Positions 10,616 to 24,688 of a stretch of DNA of 64,000 bases are shown here, piece by piece. The stretch's first letter is position 1; each line of letters begins with the position of its first letter. Under the pieces are notes generated by a model. The model was not told the origin of the DNA, did not search any database, and was given only the letters and a program-made list of their open reading frames with translations. The stretch comes from Octopus vulgaris (lineage: Eukaryota). The DNA is taken from the NCBI GenBank assembly GCA_951406725.2, contig OX597838.1:26598001-26662000 (forward strand), given 5' to 3'. Made by a program: the position numbers and the translations under genes.

Positions 10616-13600
10616 ATATTTCTTTACTGCCCACAAGGGGCCAAACATAGAGGGGACAAACAAGGACAGACAAAGGGATTAAGTCGATTACATCGACTCC
10701 ATTTGGAAACTGGTACTTTATTTATTGACCCCGAAAGGATGAAAGGCAAAGTCGACCTCGGCGGAATTTGAACTCAGAACGTAACGACAGACGAAATACG
10801 GCTACGCATTTCGCTAGGCGTGCTAACGTTTCTTATTTCTTTATTGCCCACAAGGGGCTAAACACAGAGGGGACAAACAAGGACAGACAAAGGGATTAAG
10901 TCGATTACATCGACCCCAGTTGGAAACTGGTACTTTATTTATTGACCCCGAAAGGATGAAAGGCAAAGTCGACCTCGGCGGAATTTGAACTCAGAACGTA
11001 ACGACAGACGAAATACGGCTACGCATTTCGCCCGGCGTGCTAACGTTTCTGCCAGCTCGCCGCCTTTAATATAGCCTATTAATGAGCTTTGTTATTTAAA
11101 TGTACATAACAATGTTTGTCCTTTTTAAACATATATGTCACAACAATATCTAACTATTCATTTAGTCTTTTAAATAATGTCATTCAGATGTCAGACACTC
11201 TGCACTGTTTCACACACGTATTTCTAATCTAACCTCGAGAGCTATAATGCACAGCACACTGTACCATGAGGTTTGGCTTCCATTTCACGAAAATCACTTA
11301 CCACCAGTTCATTCTTTGTGTAGATATTTTAATGGCGAAAGGCGGTGAGCTGGCAAAAACGTTCGTACACCGAACGAAATGCTGAGTAGTATTTCATCTC
11401 CTGTTATGTTCTAAGTTCAAATCCCGCCGAGGGCGACTTTGCCTTTTATCTTTTCGGGGTCGATAAATTAAGTACCGGTTGCATACTGAGGCTGATCTAA
11501 TCGACTGGTCCCCTCCCCCAAAATTTCGGGCTTTGTGCCTAGAGTAGAAAAGATATATTATTGGTGAAAGGTGGCGAGATGGCAGAAATGTTAGCACGCC
11601 GGGCGAAATGCTTAGCGGTATTTCATCTGCCGCTATGTTCTGAGTTCAAATTCCGCCGAGGTCGACTTTGCCCTTCATCCTTTCGGGGTCGATTAAATAA
11701 GTACCAGTTATGCACTGGGGTCGATATAATCGACTTAATCTGTTTGTCTGTCCTTGTTTGTCCCCTCTGTCTTTAGCCCCTTGTGGGTAATAAAGAAATA
11801 GGTATTTCCTCCGCTGTTATGTTCTAAGTTCAAATTCCGCCAAGGGCGACTTTGCCCTTTATCCTTTCGGGGTCAATTAATTAAGTACCAGTTGCGTACT
11901 GAGGCTGATCTAATCCACTGGCCCTCTCCTCCTCCAAAATTTTGGGCCTTGTGCCTAGAGTAGAAAGGATATATTGTTGGCAAACACTTTTCTTTTGAAG
12001 TAAACTTAACAGAAATTATCACAAATGCCAAGCTTAGGTAATCGAATAAGGGTTGGGATCAATGAAATAGGGACGAGTCAAGCACTGGGGTTGATGTAAT
12101 TGACTGACCTCCTCCCAATAAATTTCATGCTTTGTGCCTTAGTAAGAAGGATTGTTATAGTAATTGTTATCATCTTTCAGTTTTCTTTCCGTTTCTTGCT
12201 GAGTGTCTTCCTGACACCTAGGACAGAGAAACTCACTGCATGCAATGGCAGACCATAAAAATTAAGACACCAGATTGTTCATTTGCAAAGTCACGTGACG
12301 GAGAAAAAAGGGGAAGATAAGGCAACAAGCTGGCAGAATTGTTAGCATGCTGGGTGTTTCGTCCGTGGTATTTCTTAAGGCAGCGAGCTGGCAGAAACGT
12401 TAGCACACCGGGCGAAATGCGTAGCCGCATTTCGTCTACCGTTACGTTCTGAGTTCAAATTCCGCCGAGGTCGACTTTTCCTTTCATCCTTTCGAGGTCG
12501 ATAAATTATGTACCAGTTACGCACTGGGGTTGATATAATCGACTTAATCCCCCTGTCTGTCCTTGTTTATCCCCTCTGTGTTTAGCCCCTTGTGGGTAGT
12601 AAAGAAATAGGTATTTCGTCTGGCTTTACTTTCTGAGTTCAAATTCCACTGAGGTCGACTTTGCCTTTCGTGCATTTGCAGGTCTATAAAATAAGTACCA
12701 GTTGAGTATTTGGGGGAGTGGGGGGGTGTCAATGAAATCGATTATCTCCTCTCCTAAATTTCCAGGCCTTGTGCCTATAGTAGAAGGGATTATTATTATT
12801 ATTATTATTATTACTATTGAGTGAGAGAGCAGTTCATGCCATCAAAGTGACACTGGGGTAAAATATACGAAGCCCAATATACCCATTACGACTACCCGTC
12901 TGATAAGGGTACACCAGGCTCATGCATCACAACCATATGTGCACGACATGGTGATCTCATATCAAGATAAACAGCACATGACCTTGCAGGTGGGGCCCAG
13001 TTAGAATTTTCTTCAGGTTGAGTAGCCCATCCCGCTCAAAAGGTCCCTGAATAAGGGTTGTTTAAGGATGTTGAAAGAACCACCCATGTTTCCAGAGGTG
13101 AATTATTCAAACCACAAAGAATCCCTCTCAACACATGGCTATGATGCTCCCCCACTACTTCTGCTCGTGATCAGAGATGCACATATCATCAGCCACTAAG
13201 GGACATGCTCAACTGGTTAAGGTCAAACAACTGACAAGCAAATCTGTGGCATTGAGCAGAATATTTGCTGTAGCCCATCTTTTATACCAAGACAAAACAA
13301 TGTACATGATAACACTTCCAATCAGTTAAGATCAGAAGCCATGAGAGCCACTGCCTGGTACTGCATCAGGGCATTTATTATTATTATTATTATTATTATT
13401 ATCATCATCATCATCAGGGTGGCAAACTAGCAGAATCAGTAGGGTACCAGGCAAAATGCTTTGTGGCATGTTGTCTGTCTTTACATTCTGAGTTCAAATT
13501 CCACCGAGGTCAAATTTACCTTTCATCCTTTGTGCCAATAAGTTAGGTAACACTTAAGTACTAGGGATTGACTAGGTCTCTCCCCTCAAAATTTCAGGCC

Positions 13601-14120
13601 TTGTTCCTATTGTAGAGAGAATTATTATTATTTATGTTTTTATTGCCTACAGGGGGGCTAAACATAGAGGGGACAAACAAGGACAGACAAAGAGATTAAG
13701 TCGATTAGATCGACCCCAGTGCATAACTAGTACTTATTTAATTAGTCCCGAAAGGATGAAAGGCAAAGTCAACCTTGGCAGAATTTGAACTCAGAACATA
13801 AAGACAGACGAAATACCACTATGCATTTCACCCGGCATGCTAACATTTCTGCCAGCTTGCCTTAATATTATTATTATTATTGTTATTATTATTATTACTA
13901 TTATTATTATTATTATTATTATCATTCTTATTAAAGGCGGCGAGCTGACAGAAACAATAGCATGCCAGGCTCATCTGTCTTTACATTCTGAGTTCAAATT
14001 CTGCTGAGGTCGGCTTTGCCTTTCATCCTTAAATTAAGTACCAGTTGCGTACTGGGGTCTATCTAACCTACTGCCCACCCTCCAAAAATTTCGGGCCTTG
14101 TGCCCTGAGTAGAAAAGATA
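10616..14120. mobile_element. Cluster of about 10 full or partial tRNA-derived SINEs (family B) in both orientations
   Basis: Repeated ggcggcgagctggcagaaacgttagc...gagttcaaattccgccgaggtcgactttgcctttcatcctttcggggtcgat..aagtaccag, separated by (ATT)n tails. The central part resembles Deu/Nin-type SINE domains from memory; this is not verified. Confidence 0.85.
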
Positions 14121-14143
14121 ATTATTATCATTATTATTATTAC

Positions 14144-14180
<37 letters not shown>

Positions 14181-14831
14181 GGGCATAAATCAATATCACA
14201 AAGTATATTTAAATTTTTATTTTCAGAATTATGTACAAAATATTTTATGATTTTGAGTTATGTCATTGCATGTTCTGTGTTCAAATCATGCCAAGGTCAG
14301 TTGGCTTTATCTTTCATCCTTCCAATCCAATGTCAATAAGATAAATGCCAGCCAAGTACTGGAGTTAAACTAATCTGACTTAATCCCCTATATCTACAAT
14401 ACCTTAAACAATGGGTGACCTTAGGCTCATGAGAGAAGCTTTTGTTGTTGTTGCTTTGGAAAGTGGGGAGAGGTAGAGAGAAATGGCAGGGTGAGAGAGA
14501 ACCAGGTAGACAGAAAGAGAATCAGAGAGGGAGGGAGGGAGAGAGAGAGAGTGAGAGTGAGAGAAAGATATGTTAAAAGAGAGACATTAGTCTCTGTATT
14601 ACGTTTATACTGAAATATACTTATTTCTGTATTATCAAGACAATGGAAGAAATAAGCGCACACACACACACATGCAAACATGCACTCACACAGGGGCCAG
14701 GGCTGAAAAGTTCCTGGCTTTAAGGGTGTTGCAAAAGGCCCAGTTCGAGGCCCAACCTTCTGAGTTCAATTACAGGGCTCAGAAAAACTGAAGGACTGCT
14801 GCAATAAGTGTGTGAATCTGAGAAGGGAATA

Positions 14832-15341
14832 TCTATATATATAAAACTGTAGTTGTGTGAGTGTCTGTCCCCTTCGATTTAGATTCCTAACTACTCCCAC
14901 ATTTTGCAGTGCAGTTTAACCAAATTCGGGTATCTTATAGTCGTGATTCATATCAAGCCCGTCTGAGTATTAGCGCGTGTCAACGATGAGTCTACGATTT
15001 TAAAAATAATTTAACATCATTTTTTATTCCATTTTAATGCATAATTTTTCGTGTGTCGATGGCGGCGGAGTTGGCGTCCACGCTCACAGCTGCACCTGTT
15101 TGCTTCCCCTTCTTCCCTCCCTCGTGAAGCTGTGGGGAAGGGAGTGTAAAGAAATCAACGTCGTAATGCGTTGTCAAGGGGACCAGCGTTCTTTTAGAAC
15201 AACGACTTCATGGCTTGAAGACACCAAAACAGAAATGGCTAAGAAAGCCCAAATTGGCATCTATAAGGGAAGTAACTCTCTAAAAATGCTTATATAGTTA
15301 TTTCCTTTACAAACCCGAGCAACGCCGGGCGATACTGCTAG
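14832..15341 (+). mobile_element. Non-autonomous Helitron (family H1)
   Basis: A|TCtatatatataaaa start, 3' hairpin cccgagcaacgccggg, then CTAG|T, with no TSD. The flanks rejoin into the mariner MITE sequence seen intact (inverted) near 10330-10400. Confidence 0.85.
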
Positions 15342-15439
15342 TGTTGAATAAAATCATAATGAACTGATCCTCCTGTATTTTCTTTTACCCAAAGCCAGGA
15401 ACGTATTTATGTATGTACATATGTACGTATACTGTGGTT

Positions 15440-15892
15440 GCTCAAAGTTTGAAAGAGCGAGAATGAAGCAGGAGAGGATCAGGAGAAAGCTCAGAAAGAG
15501 CGACCCAGTAGAAAATGAAGAAGTATTGTTTTTCACGTGTGTGATTTATGGAGGGAAATGCTTGAGTCATGAGGGCCTGGTCAGCCATCAAAGAAGCCAT
15601 AGGGGAGCCACACCCTTGTAAATTATGATACGGCTATTGTTCACAACAGACCATGCGCAACCTGTGGAAAGGTGTGCCGTTCAGTTGGGCGATTAAAAAA
15701 CGTGTCAAATGACTTCATATTGTGGCACTGGTTCCTTCTGTCAGCCAGCACAACTGCGCATTATGCAACAAAATGTGCAGATCTTTGGTGTGGCTCAAGA
15801 GTCATATAAGGGCCTCACATTTCATTATCAATGACTCATTTCTATGTTTCTTTCTAGCAATGGCTTCACTCGTATATGAGAAAGCAGCCACT
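15440..15892 (+). mobile_element. Degenerate RTE-like LINE 3' end with C2H2-like zinc-finger remnants
   Basis: Contains RRKLRK...FTC..GGKCLSHEGLVSHQRSH and CALCNKMCRS...KSHIRASH, broken by stops and frameshifts. Confidence 0.55.
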
Positions 15893-15898
15893 TTATAC

Positions 15899-16352
15899 GG
15901 CGGCGAGCTGGCAGAAACGTTAGCATGCCGGGCGAAATGCGTAGCCGTATTTCGTCTGCCGCTACGTTCTGAGTTCAAATTCTGCCGAGGTCGACTTTGC
16001 TTTTCATCCTTTCGGGGTCGATTAACCTTTTTGTTACCGTATTCCTGTTGAGATGCTCTGTGTTTCTTTCAATTATTTTAAATATAACAAAGAATTTAGT
16101 AAAATAACTTGGTTATCATTCAGCTGGTGTTAGGTACATAAATTGTGACTAAAGTTTGGTGGAAGATTTTAATTCAAAACTTATGAAAACAAGGTATTTG
16201 TACCCAGAACCAGAGCCGGTTTCAGCCGGGTTGGTAACGAAAGGGTTAAATAAGTACCAGTTACGCACTGGGGTCGATATAATCGACTTAATCCGTTTGT
16301 CTGTCCTTGTTTGTCCCCTCCTGTGTGTGGCCCCTTGTGGGTAGTAAAGAAA
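15899..16352 (+). mobile_element. Family B SINE interrupted by a piggyBac MITE
   Basis: The SINE sequence ggggtcgaTTAA...TTAAataagtaccag rejoins to match the uninterrupted copy at about 11685-11707. Confidence 0.85.
16026..16245. mobile_element. piggyBac-type MITE with TTAA TSD
   Basis: TTAA|cctttttgttacc ... ggtaacgaaaggg|TTAA. Confidence 0.85.
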
Positions 16353-16666
16353 TGCACTTTATACGTATGTGTGTATACAGAAGTCAGGTAATATGTCATC
16401 TGATGATGTAAGACGATGGGTATCTTCCATTAGCTTTCAGATTGACTTGCTGCCCGAAACCCCAACTTGAACTACGAATGAGGTCAGCAGGAGTGTTACA
16501 ACTGCTGAATGAAGTCTGTCTGTAGGCAGTGTTTCAATTGAGCAGGTTCATGCATAATAGGATAAAAGTATAAACAGACCAAACAACTAACACCAGATCA
16601 GATTATATCTGTTCATAGCTGTAAACACAACAGCTCAAGTTGTTGATTGTGTTTAGATCAGAAGAA

Positions 16667-16711
<45 letters not shown>

Positions 16712-17192
16712 TATATGCACACATACATACATACATATATGTACGTACCTACATCTACATGTATATATACATGCATATATATATATATATATATAATAAA
16801 ATATTAGAGAATAAATCCAAACTTACAGGGAAAAATCAGATTTAGGATTAAATCCAATTTTATAGTAAAATATATTATATTATATTATATTAAATTAGAG
16901 ATAAAACCACTATTAGGCAAATTATATATATATATGAGTACAGGACACCACAAATAGACGTAGAACTCAACGAGAAACAAAAACATAAAAACAAACATGG
17001 AAACGGACTTTTTTTTAACAACGAAAAAACAGAGTACAAGACAAACAATACAAGGAATATTCCCCTTCATCAGCTGTCCCTGGTTCGACTCCATGCGTGT
17101 TTCGAGTATGCATATATTTTATTTATTAAATTATTGTATGACTGAGCGCCCTCACGTCGTTTCGTTTCTTTTCTTTTCTCCAAGTAAGTTTT

Positions 17193-17246
<54 letters not shown>

Positions 17247-17278
17247 CACACACACACACACACATATATATGTATATA

Positions 17279-17925
17279 TCATCATCATCATCGTTTAACG
17301 TCCGTTTTCCATGCTAGCATGGGTTGGACGGTTCAACTGGGGTCTGAGAAAGCCAGGGGGCTGCACCAGACTCCAGTCTGATCTGGCAGTGTTTCTACAG
17401 CTGGATGCCCTTCCTAACGCCAACCACTCCATGAGTGTAGTGGGTGCTTTTTACATGCCACCGGCACAGGTGCCAGGGGAGGCTGGCAATGGCCACAAAC
17501 AGTTGGTGCTTTTTACGTGCCATATATATATGGGTTCCGTGCTGAGGGCACGTAACAAACACCATCCGAGCGTGGCCGTTCGCCAGCCTCGTCTGGCACC
17601 TGTGTCGGTGGCACATAAGAAAACACCATCCGAGCGTGGCTGTCTGCCAGCCTCGTCTGGCACCTGTGTCGGTGGCACATAAAAAACACCATCCGAGCGT
17701 GGCCGTCTGCCAGCCTCGTCTGGCACCTGTGTTGGTGGCACATAAAATCACCCACTACACTCTCGGAGTGGTTGGCGTTAGGAAGGGCATCCAGCTGTAG
17801 AAACACTGCCAGATCTGACTGGGCCTGGTGCAGCCTTCGGGCTTGCCAGACCCCAGTTGAACCGTCCAACCCATGCTAGCATGGAAAGCGGACGTTAAAC
17901 GATGATGATGATGATGATGATGATG
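17279..17925. mobile_element. Two family D tails in inverted orientation
   Basis: 17279-17520 is the reverse complement of the 17730-17925 tail. Three ~62-bp internal repeats lie between them. Confidence 0.8.
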
Positions 17926-17986
17926 ATATATACATGCGTGTGTGTGTTATATATGTATATGCTTAAAGATATATATGTTGTGTATG

Positions 17987-18030
<44 letters not shown>

Positions 18031-18120
18031 CTTCGTCGTTTAATGTCCATGTTCCATGCTAGCATAGGTGGGACTCTATATTTATATATATGTATATGCA
18101 TAAATATATACATATGTATC

Positions 18121-18156
<36 letters not shown>

Positions 18157-18162
<6 letters not shown>

Positions 18163-18612
18163 GCAATAAATAAACTGTTGTCTAAATTATGCAAAAATGA
18201 AAATAACACTGACATCTCGTTTTACCAGTTCTATTTACCAGAATTACATAAAAATATCTTGAAGTACTGAACAGTAAATTTATTCAATAAAATCGTCATT
18301 GGCTTCAACCACAGTCCCACGCATAGAAATCGAGGAGGTTGCATCTGGGGAGTTAGTTGGCCAGATGTTTGGGGTGATGTGGTTGCAGAAATTGTCTGTC
18401 AGCCATTACTGGGTTCTCCTGCTTGTGTGGCATGGTGCAGAGTCCTGCTGCCAGACATAGGGTCTTCCAGCAGCCATCCTCTTGACCCAGGGCAGCACTA
18501 CCACCTCCAGGCACTTGATGTTGGACTCCATGTTGAGTCTGAGGCTATGTGGGAAGATGAATGGAGACATAACATCACTATCACTAGTGATCATTCCAAA
18601 CACCATGATGTT
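18157..18612 (-). mobile_element. Tc1/mariner-superfamily transposase fragment with one terminal end
   Basis: Peptides MVFGMITSDSDVMSPFIF...LPWVKRMAAGRPYVWQQDSAPCHTS and IWPTNSPD. A TIR-like agggtgcaataaa follows (TA)n. Confidence 0.8.
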
Positions 18613-20152
18613 GGGTGACTTCAACCTCCGAAAGGTCAAATGGCCAGAAGGCCACATCCTCTCTGGGATGTCACTGGATGAACAAAAGCATGTAAAGTCA
18701 TTATTTAAACTTGCTAATAAGCTGTTCATGGAGCAAATGATACTCAGGCCAACCAGGGGTAACAACATATTGGACCTATGCATCACAAATAATGTGGATC
18801 TTATCCATAATATAAAGGTGACACCAACGGCACACTCAGATCACAACATTGTTGAATTAACTATATGTGGTCCTGCGTGAACTGTTGGTATCTACCCTAT
18901 CAGGAGGACTCAAGCTTTATCCAACCTGAATTTCCATAAGGCAAAATAGGAATCAATCTGCAAAGAGATCCACAAACGAAACCGGTCCAACATTCTGTGT
19001 ATGCAAGACATTGATCTGAAACTCAGCCAGTTTATGTCAACAGTGCACGCTATATGCACTAAATATATCCCAGACAGAAAGGCGAGCACACTGTCAAACA
19101 AGATTCCCAGGGACAGAAAAATCCTCATGAGATGTAGGTCAAAGTTCTCAAAGCGGCTGAATAGGCAACCGAAGGATAGAAAGAAGTCTACCTCAACACA
19201 GACCCTCCTAGAGATTGAAAGTAAGATGACACTCTCTCATGATAGGTAAAGAGCAGAGAGAGAGAGTGAGAAGGGCTGTGGAAAGCATAAAAACAAATCC
19301 CAAAGCTTTCTATAAATTTGCAAAGGAAACAGCCACAATCTTTATATATAAAAGTCAAGTTGTGTGTTTGTCACCTGCGATTTAGATTCCTAACTACTCC
19401 CACATTTTGCGGTGCAGTTTAACCAAAACCGGGTATCTTATAGTCGTGATTCATATCGAGCCCTTCTGGGTATTAGTGCGCGTCTACGATGAGTCTACAA
19501 TTTAAAAAAAAATTTACCATCATTTTTTTCCATTTTAATGCATTTTTTCGATATTATATAAGGGAAGTAACTCTCTAAAAATGTCTACGATGAGTCAACG
19601 ATTTAAAAAAAATTACCATCATTTTTTTTCCATTTTTAATGCATTTTTTTACTATTTTTTGGCTATAACTCTCTAAAAATGCTTATATAGTTATTTCCCT
19701 TACAAACCCGAGCAATGCCGGGCGATACTGCTAGTACAAGATAAAATAGGACCATTGTTACTAGTGAATGACTCACTGACAGCAGACCCAGGAAGGATGA
19801 GATAATTAGTGAACAATTTAAAAGTGTCTTCACTTCACCTCTTGGACACATGCAGATAAAAAAAATCTGGCTGAATTCTTTGATATTACAGCTCTAAAAA
19901 AAGAGGCACCAGCCTCTTTTTTTAGAGTTGTAATATCAAATTTTAAAGCTGTAATACAGATGTAACAATGGCTATAAATGAAATGAACTCATACTCTGCC
20001 ACTGGTCCTGATGGCTTCCCAGCTATTCTCCTAAAGTCATGTAGGCAGGCTTTAATGAAACCACTTCAGATAGTTTTCCAAAGTATTTTTGCAAGTGGTA
20101 TACTTCCTAAAAAGCTGAAAGAAGGCATTATATGCCCTGTCCACAAAGGTGC
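18607..20152 (+). mobile_element. Degenerate LINE (CR1/Jockey-group) ORF2: endonuclease C-terminus to RT start, split by a Helitron
   Basis: GDFN..PTRGNNILDL..SDHN (APE endonuclease), NPKAFYKF, and ATGPDGFPAILLK...IICPVHKG (RT domains 0/1). Confidence 0.9.
19339..19734 (+). mobile_element. Non-autonomous Helitron (family H1)
   Basis: A|TCtttatatataaaag ... cccgagcaatgccgggcgatactgCTAG|T. The LINE reading frame rejoins across the site (ETATIQDKIGPL). Confidence 0.85.
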
Positions 20153-20311
20153 CAAACTGCTAAGTTACAGGGATGTAAACACATGAACATCGGTTGTCAA
20201 GTGATGGTTGGGGGAACAAACGAAATTTTTGGTAAAAAAATTGCACAAGTTTGTCCTGATTAAGAGGCCTATCTCTCGTGGAAGGCATTCTCTGACATAG
20301 AATAAATAAAA

Positions 20312-20535
20312 ATTCAGTGATTTACTGGCATCAGAATTTTGCTGGCATTTCAAATGTATTAGCAGAATGTTACCAGCATATTTCAGAGAAATATCTTTGT
20401 TTCAAACAAATATTCCCCTCAGCCACTTCTTGTAGCTTTTAAACGCAATAAAAATACAAAAGAAATATTAACCACTACCTCTAACCCTAAGAAAGCCAGC
20501 ATTTGAGTTTTCAAATGCTGTACCTTGAAAACAGG
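20312..20535 (+). mobile_element. Penelope-like element fragment (RT-endonuclease linker)
   Basis: Similar to 23881-24102; encodes PQPLLVAFKRNKNTKEIL. Confidence 0.55.
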
Positions 20536-21191
20536 AGCCTCTACATTGAGCTTTAGGTAATCACAAATGAAAAAAATAAATTAGTAACTTCACTAAATTC
20601 CATTGTAGAAATTGCCTGGCAACCATGAGCTATTCAGCTAGTTCATATATATATCTTTGTATGTGTGTGTGCATGTACATATATATATATATATATATGA
20701 CTATTCATGCATTTATGTTTATATACACACTCACACCTACATATATTTTTACAAGCATTTAGTCAGTTCACTTTCTTATTCTTATTTTGTCGCATTTAGG
20801 TTACCGTTTGAATGTCTACACGCATGAGAAAGTGTGGTGGCCACTTTGACTCTGGTGTATGAATGATATAAATCTATTCTTGTAACATAATCCGGTTTTA
20901 TATTTAGGTTAAAAATAACTAAAGCAATCACATTGCAATAGGTAGTTATTTCATGGGAGAGGATAAATTTCAAACAAATTGAATGCATACCTGTAAGTTT
21001 ATGTATATCCATTATTTTTTTGTTTCATCATCCTCATCTTCATCACCATCATTATCATCATCATCATTATTATTACTATTATTATTGTTGTTGTTGCTAT
21101 GTACTTTACAAGCTGTGCCAAAATTTCACTGAAAGACCTCGAGTAACACCAAGCTGGACATTCAACTATGGGTGTCATTTATGATTAACAA

Positions 21192-21248
<57 letters not shown>

Positions 21249-21619
21249 GGTCCCGGGTTGATTCGGGGTTAACCACAGTAAATAAGGTACTCAATACATA
21301 GCAGAGTAAAATTAATTTATTATATAGAAGGAGCTTCTACAGGACTAGAACTGTTTCATTCAAGAGAAATCTTCAGGAAGCTAGTTAACAAGAATTGTAT
21401 TGGCATTTATACATTTAGGCAGGTTTAAAGGGGTGTTGGTGGGGGACTTTTTGGGGGTAGGCATAGCGCAAAATATCATACTTGGGGGAGTGGTCAAGGA
21501 GTCAGTGTTAAATTAGATAGAAGAATAAATAAAAAAATAAAAAAAAATAAAAAAATTAAAAAATCTATATATAAAAAAAAGGGGAATAGAGTTTTAGGTA
21601 AATAAGGAGATTCTCACTT

Positions 21620-22417
21620 ATACCTATGCACACATGTATACATACATACACACACATACAAACATATATACATATACATAGACACATACATACACACACA
21701 TATATATACATATATATACACTTACACATACATATACATATCTACACATACACATATATGTATACATACACACACTCACATGCATACACGTATACACATA
21801 TGTATATATACACACACGACCACACATACATATACGCACAGAAAAATATATATACACATACACACACATACTCACATACACGCATACACACACATATCCA
21901 CACACACACATGCACACACAGCACACTAGTCCCTATATACACATATATACACATACACACACATATACACACACATACATACATATACATACATGTATAT
22001 ATATACATATGTGTACCTATGCATACCTACACATACACACATATATATACACATACAAATACAGACCCATTCCCTAATTTTAATTTTATTATCTTCGTTT
22101 ATTACTTTTGTTATCTTTGGCCACTTGGTCACAAACATCTTGGCTATGACAGCCAGTCCATTTATCTGTCTACTGGAAAACAAGCACTCATTCACTCACA
22201 CACACTCTTTAGCACGTACACTCACTCATTCGTACACTCATACACATACACGCACGCACGCGTTATATTCATACATACATACATCTACATACATTCACGT
22301 ATATACACATACGTACGCGTACCTACAGATTCATGTCTACACTCTTAGAAGGCTAGTCTATATATATACACCAATAAATATAAATACACACACATACATA
22401 TACACCTACATACAAAT

Positions 22418-22451
<34 letters not shown>

Positions 22452-22650
22452 TCACATATATATACACATATATATATATATATATATACACACACATACG
22501 CATACACACACATATACATATATATACACACATACACATACATACATATACACACATACACATACATACGTATACATACATACATACATCCATACATCCA
22601 TACATACATACATTTATACACATACACACACCCACATACATACATATATA

Positions 22651-22690
<40 letters not shown>

Positions 22691-22920
22691 TACACACACA
22701 TACATATACATACATACATATACAAATATACGCACACACATACATACATACTCATATACTCATACACGCACATACACATGTACATGCGTACCCATACACA
22801 CACACACACACGCGCGCATCCATATATACACATAAGTACACACATGCGTAAAAGTATACATATATCTATGCTTACACATACACACACACACACGCGCCTC
22901 CTTATATTCATACTTACATG
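21620..22920. repeat. Compound (CA/TA/CATA)n low-complexity array
   Basis: Seen directly; source of the H/T/Y/I-rich spurious ORFs. Confidence 0.95.
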
Positions 22921-23132
22921 CATACTCAAAAAATAAGTAAATAGTAAAATATATATACGCGCAGTTATTCATACAAGCATACTCAAAAAATAAATAATAA
23001 ATATTAAGTATAAATATTAAATAAATATTAAGTGGAGGCGCAATGGCCGTAGGCAGTTACCTATTATATAGACGGATACATACATATAAACTTGAAACAA
23101 GTACACAAAAAAAATATGTACGTGCAGTTACC

Positions 23133-23181
<49 letters not shown>

Positions 23182-23880
23182 CATATATACACATATATAT
23201 ACACATACATATATACATACAAAAAAAAAATATATATATGTATATATATATATGTATGATTAACAATGATATATATATATATCGATAGGTGAATGAATTA
23301 TCCTATGTTTACCGTCAACATGGAAAATTCGATGAACCGATACCAGGGTAGCAATTTCACGTCAGAAACACGGTTGAAGCAACCTGTCCAAGGGTAGAAA
23401 CTCTGGGTTCATGTGCAGAAATTTGTGAGTTATATATGAATAAATAAATAAATGGAGTTGAACGAAGATGCTAACAAAATTCCTAGTCATCACAATTTTT
23501 GTTTTGTCTTGTTGTTGAGAGAGGCTCCCTTTCTTTCCTGCATCTTGCACCGTTTATTCCTTTGGAATAAAACCATGTTGTCTTCGAAACATATGTCGAG
23601 AGTAAAGGAATTTTGTTAGCATCTTCGTTCAACTCCATTTATATATATATATATATATATATGATTAACAATGATACAATGGGAAAAGAGAGCAGTGTCT
23701 TGAGAGCTTAAAATTTTGTTAAATTTGTAATATTTTCAAGGTAACCAACTTTTTTCAGGTTGACAATGCTGTGAATCACGATTAAAGGAAATCGCAAATG
23801 ACATAGCTGAAATCAGTAAAGAAAGTCAAACTTCCTTGCATAATTTTAGCAGCCAATGTAAAATTTGTGATAGAATTTCT

Positions 23881-24395
23881 TCAGTGATTAACTGGCACCA
23901 AAATTTTGCTGGCATTTCAAATGTATTAGCGGAAAGTTACCAGCATATTTTTTAAAAAATATCTTTGTTTCAAACAAATATTCCCTCAGCCACCTCTTGT
24001 AGCTTTTACACACAATAAAAATACAGGAAAAATATTAACCGCTACCTCTAACCTTAAGAAAGCCAGCATTTGAGTTTTCGAATGCTGTACCTTGAAAAAC
24101 AGCTGCAAGATGGATAAACCCTGTTCATTGTGTGACCACATGAGTCAAGTCAATTCCAACTCCATTCATAACAGAAATATTATGATTTATATAGAAGGTG
24201 GGACGTGTAAAGATCCCCATTTGACATATGCATTGGAATGCACCAAGCACAGCTTGATTTATGTTGGTTGTACAACAGAACAATTAAAAAAAAAAGGTTC
24301 AATGGACACAGGAATAATGTTAGGCACAATAGCAGTAGTTCAACAGAACTTGCCAGGAATTTAAAATCAAACGGCTGTAATTTTGAGGAACAAAA
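23881..24395 (+). mobile_element. Penelope-like element fragment with GIY-YIG endonuclease remnant
   Basis: C..PCSLC...TC...TYALECTK...IYVGCTTEQL, then after a frameshift KRFNGHR...ELARNL. Confidence 0.75.
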
Positions 24396-24688
24396 TATAA
24401 TTGACTTAACCCTTTCATTACCAAACCGCCCAAAGCCGCCCGAAAAAAATTTTGGTTTATGAGACCAAACCGCCCAAAGCCGCCCGAATTTACCTATTCA
24501 TATTTAAATGAGAATATCAGAGCAAATCTCTTCAGTACATTCGTGAAAACACGTATTATACTTCGTAAACAGTTCAACTACAGTTTTGTACAATAATCGA
24601 AGTGTAATTTTAATTCCGTGAATTTTGGGAGATTTTTTTCCGAAATTTGTTCCTATTGTGTTTTCAAAATTTGTAATTCTGACAAAAA

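Noticed and set aside
12815-13378. Unique-looking 560-bp segment between (ATT)n tracts, possible exon or snRNA
   Set aside because: No ORF or recognisable RNA motif. Probably another retroposon, but there is no second copy in the window to support a call.
15409-16051. Host C2H2 zinc-finger gene
   Set aside because: Fingers are degenerate and split by stops and frameshifts, there are no TGEKP linkers, and the layout matches an RTE 3' end.
21343-21386. Minus-strand hammerhead (ctgaaga...gaaac), also at 33794
   Set aside because: Stem I does not abut the core, and stem II closes with a U-U mismatch, so it does not fit the consensus fold.
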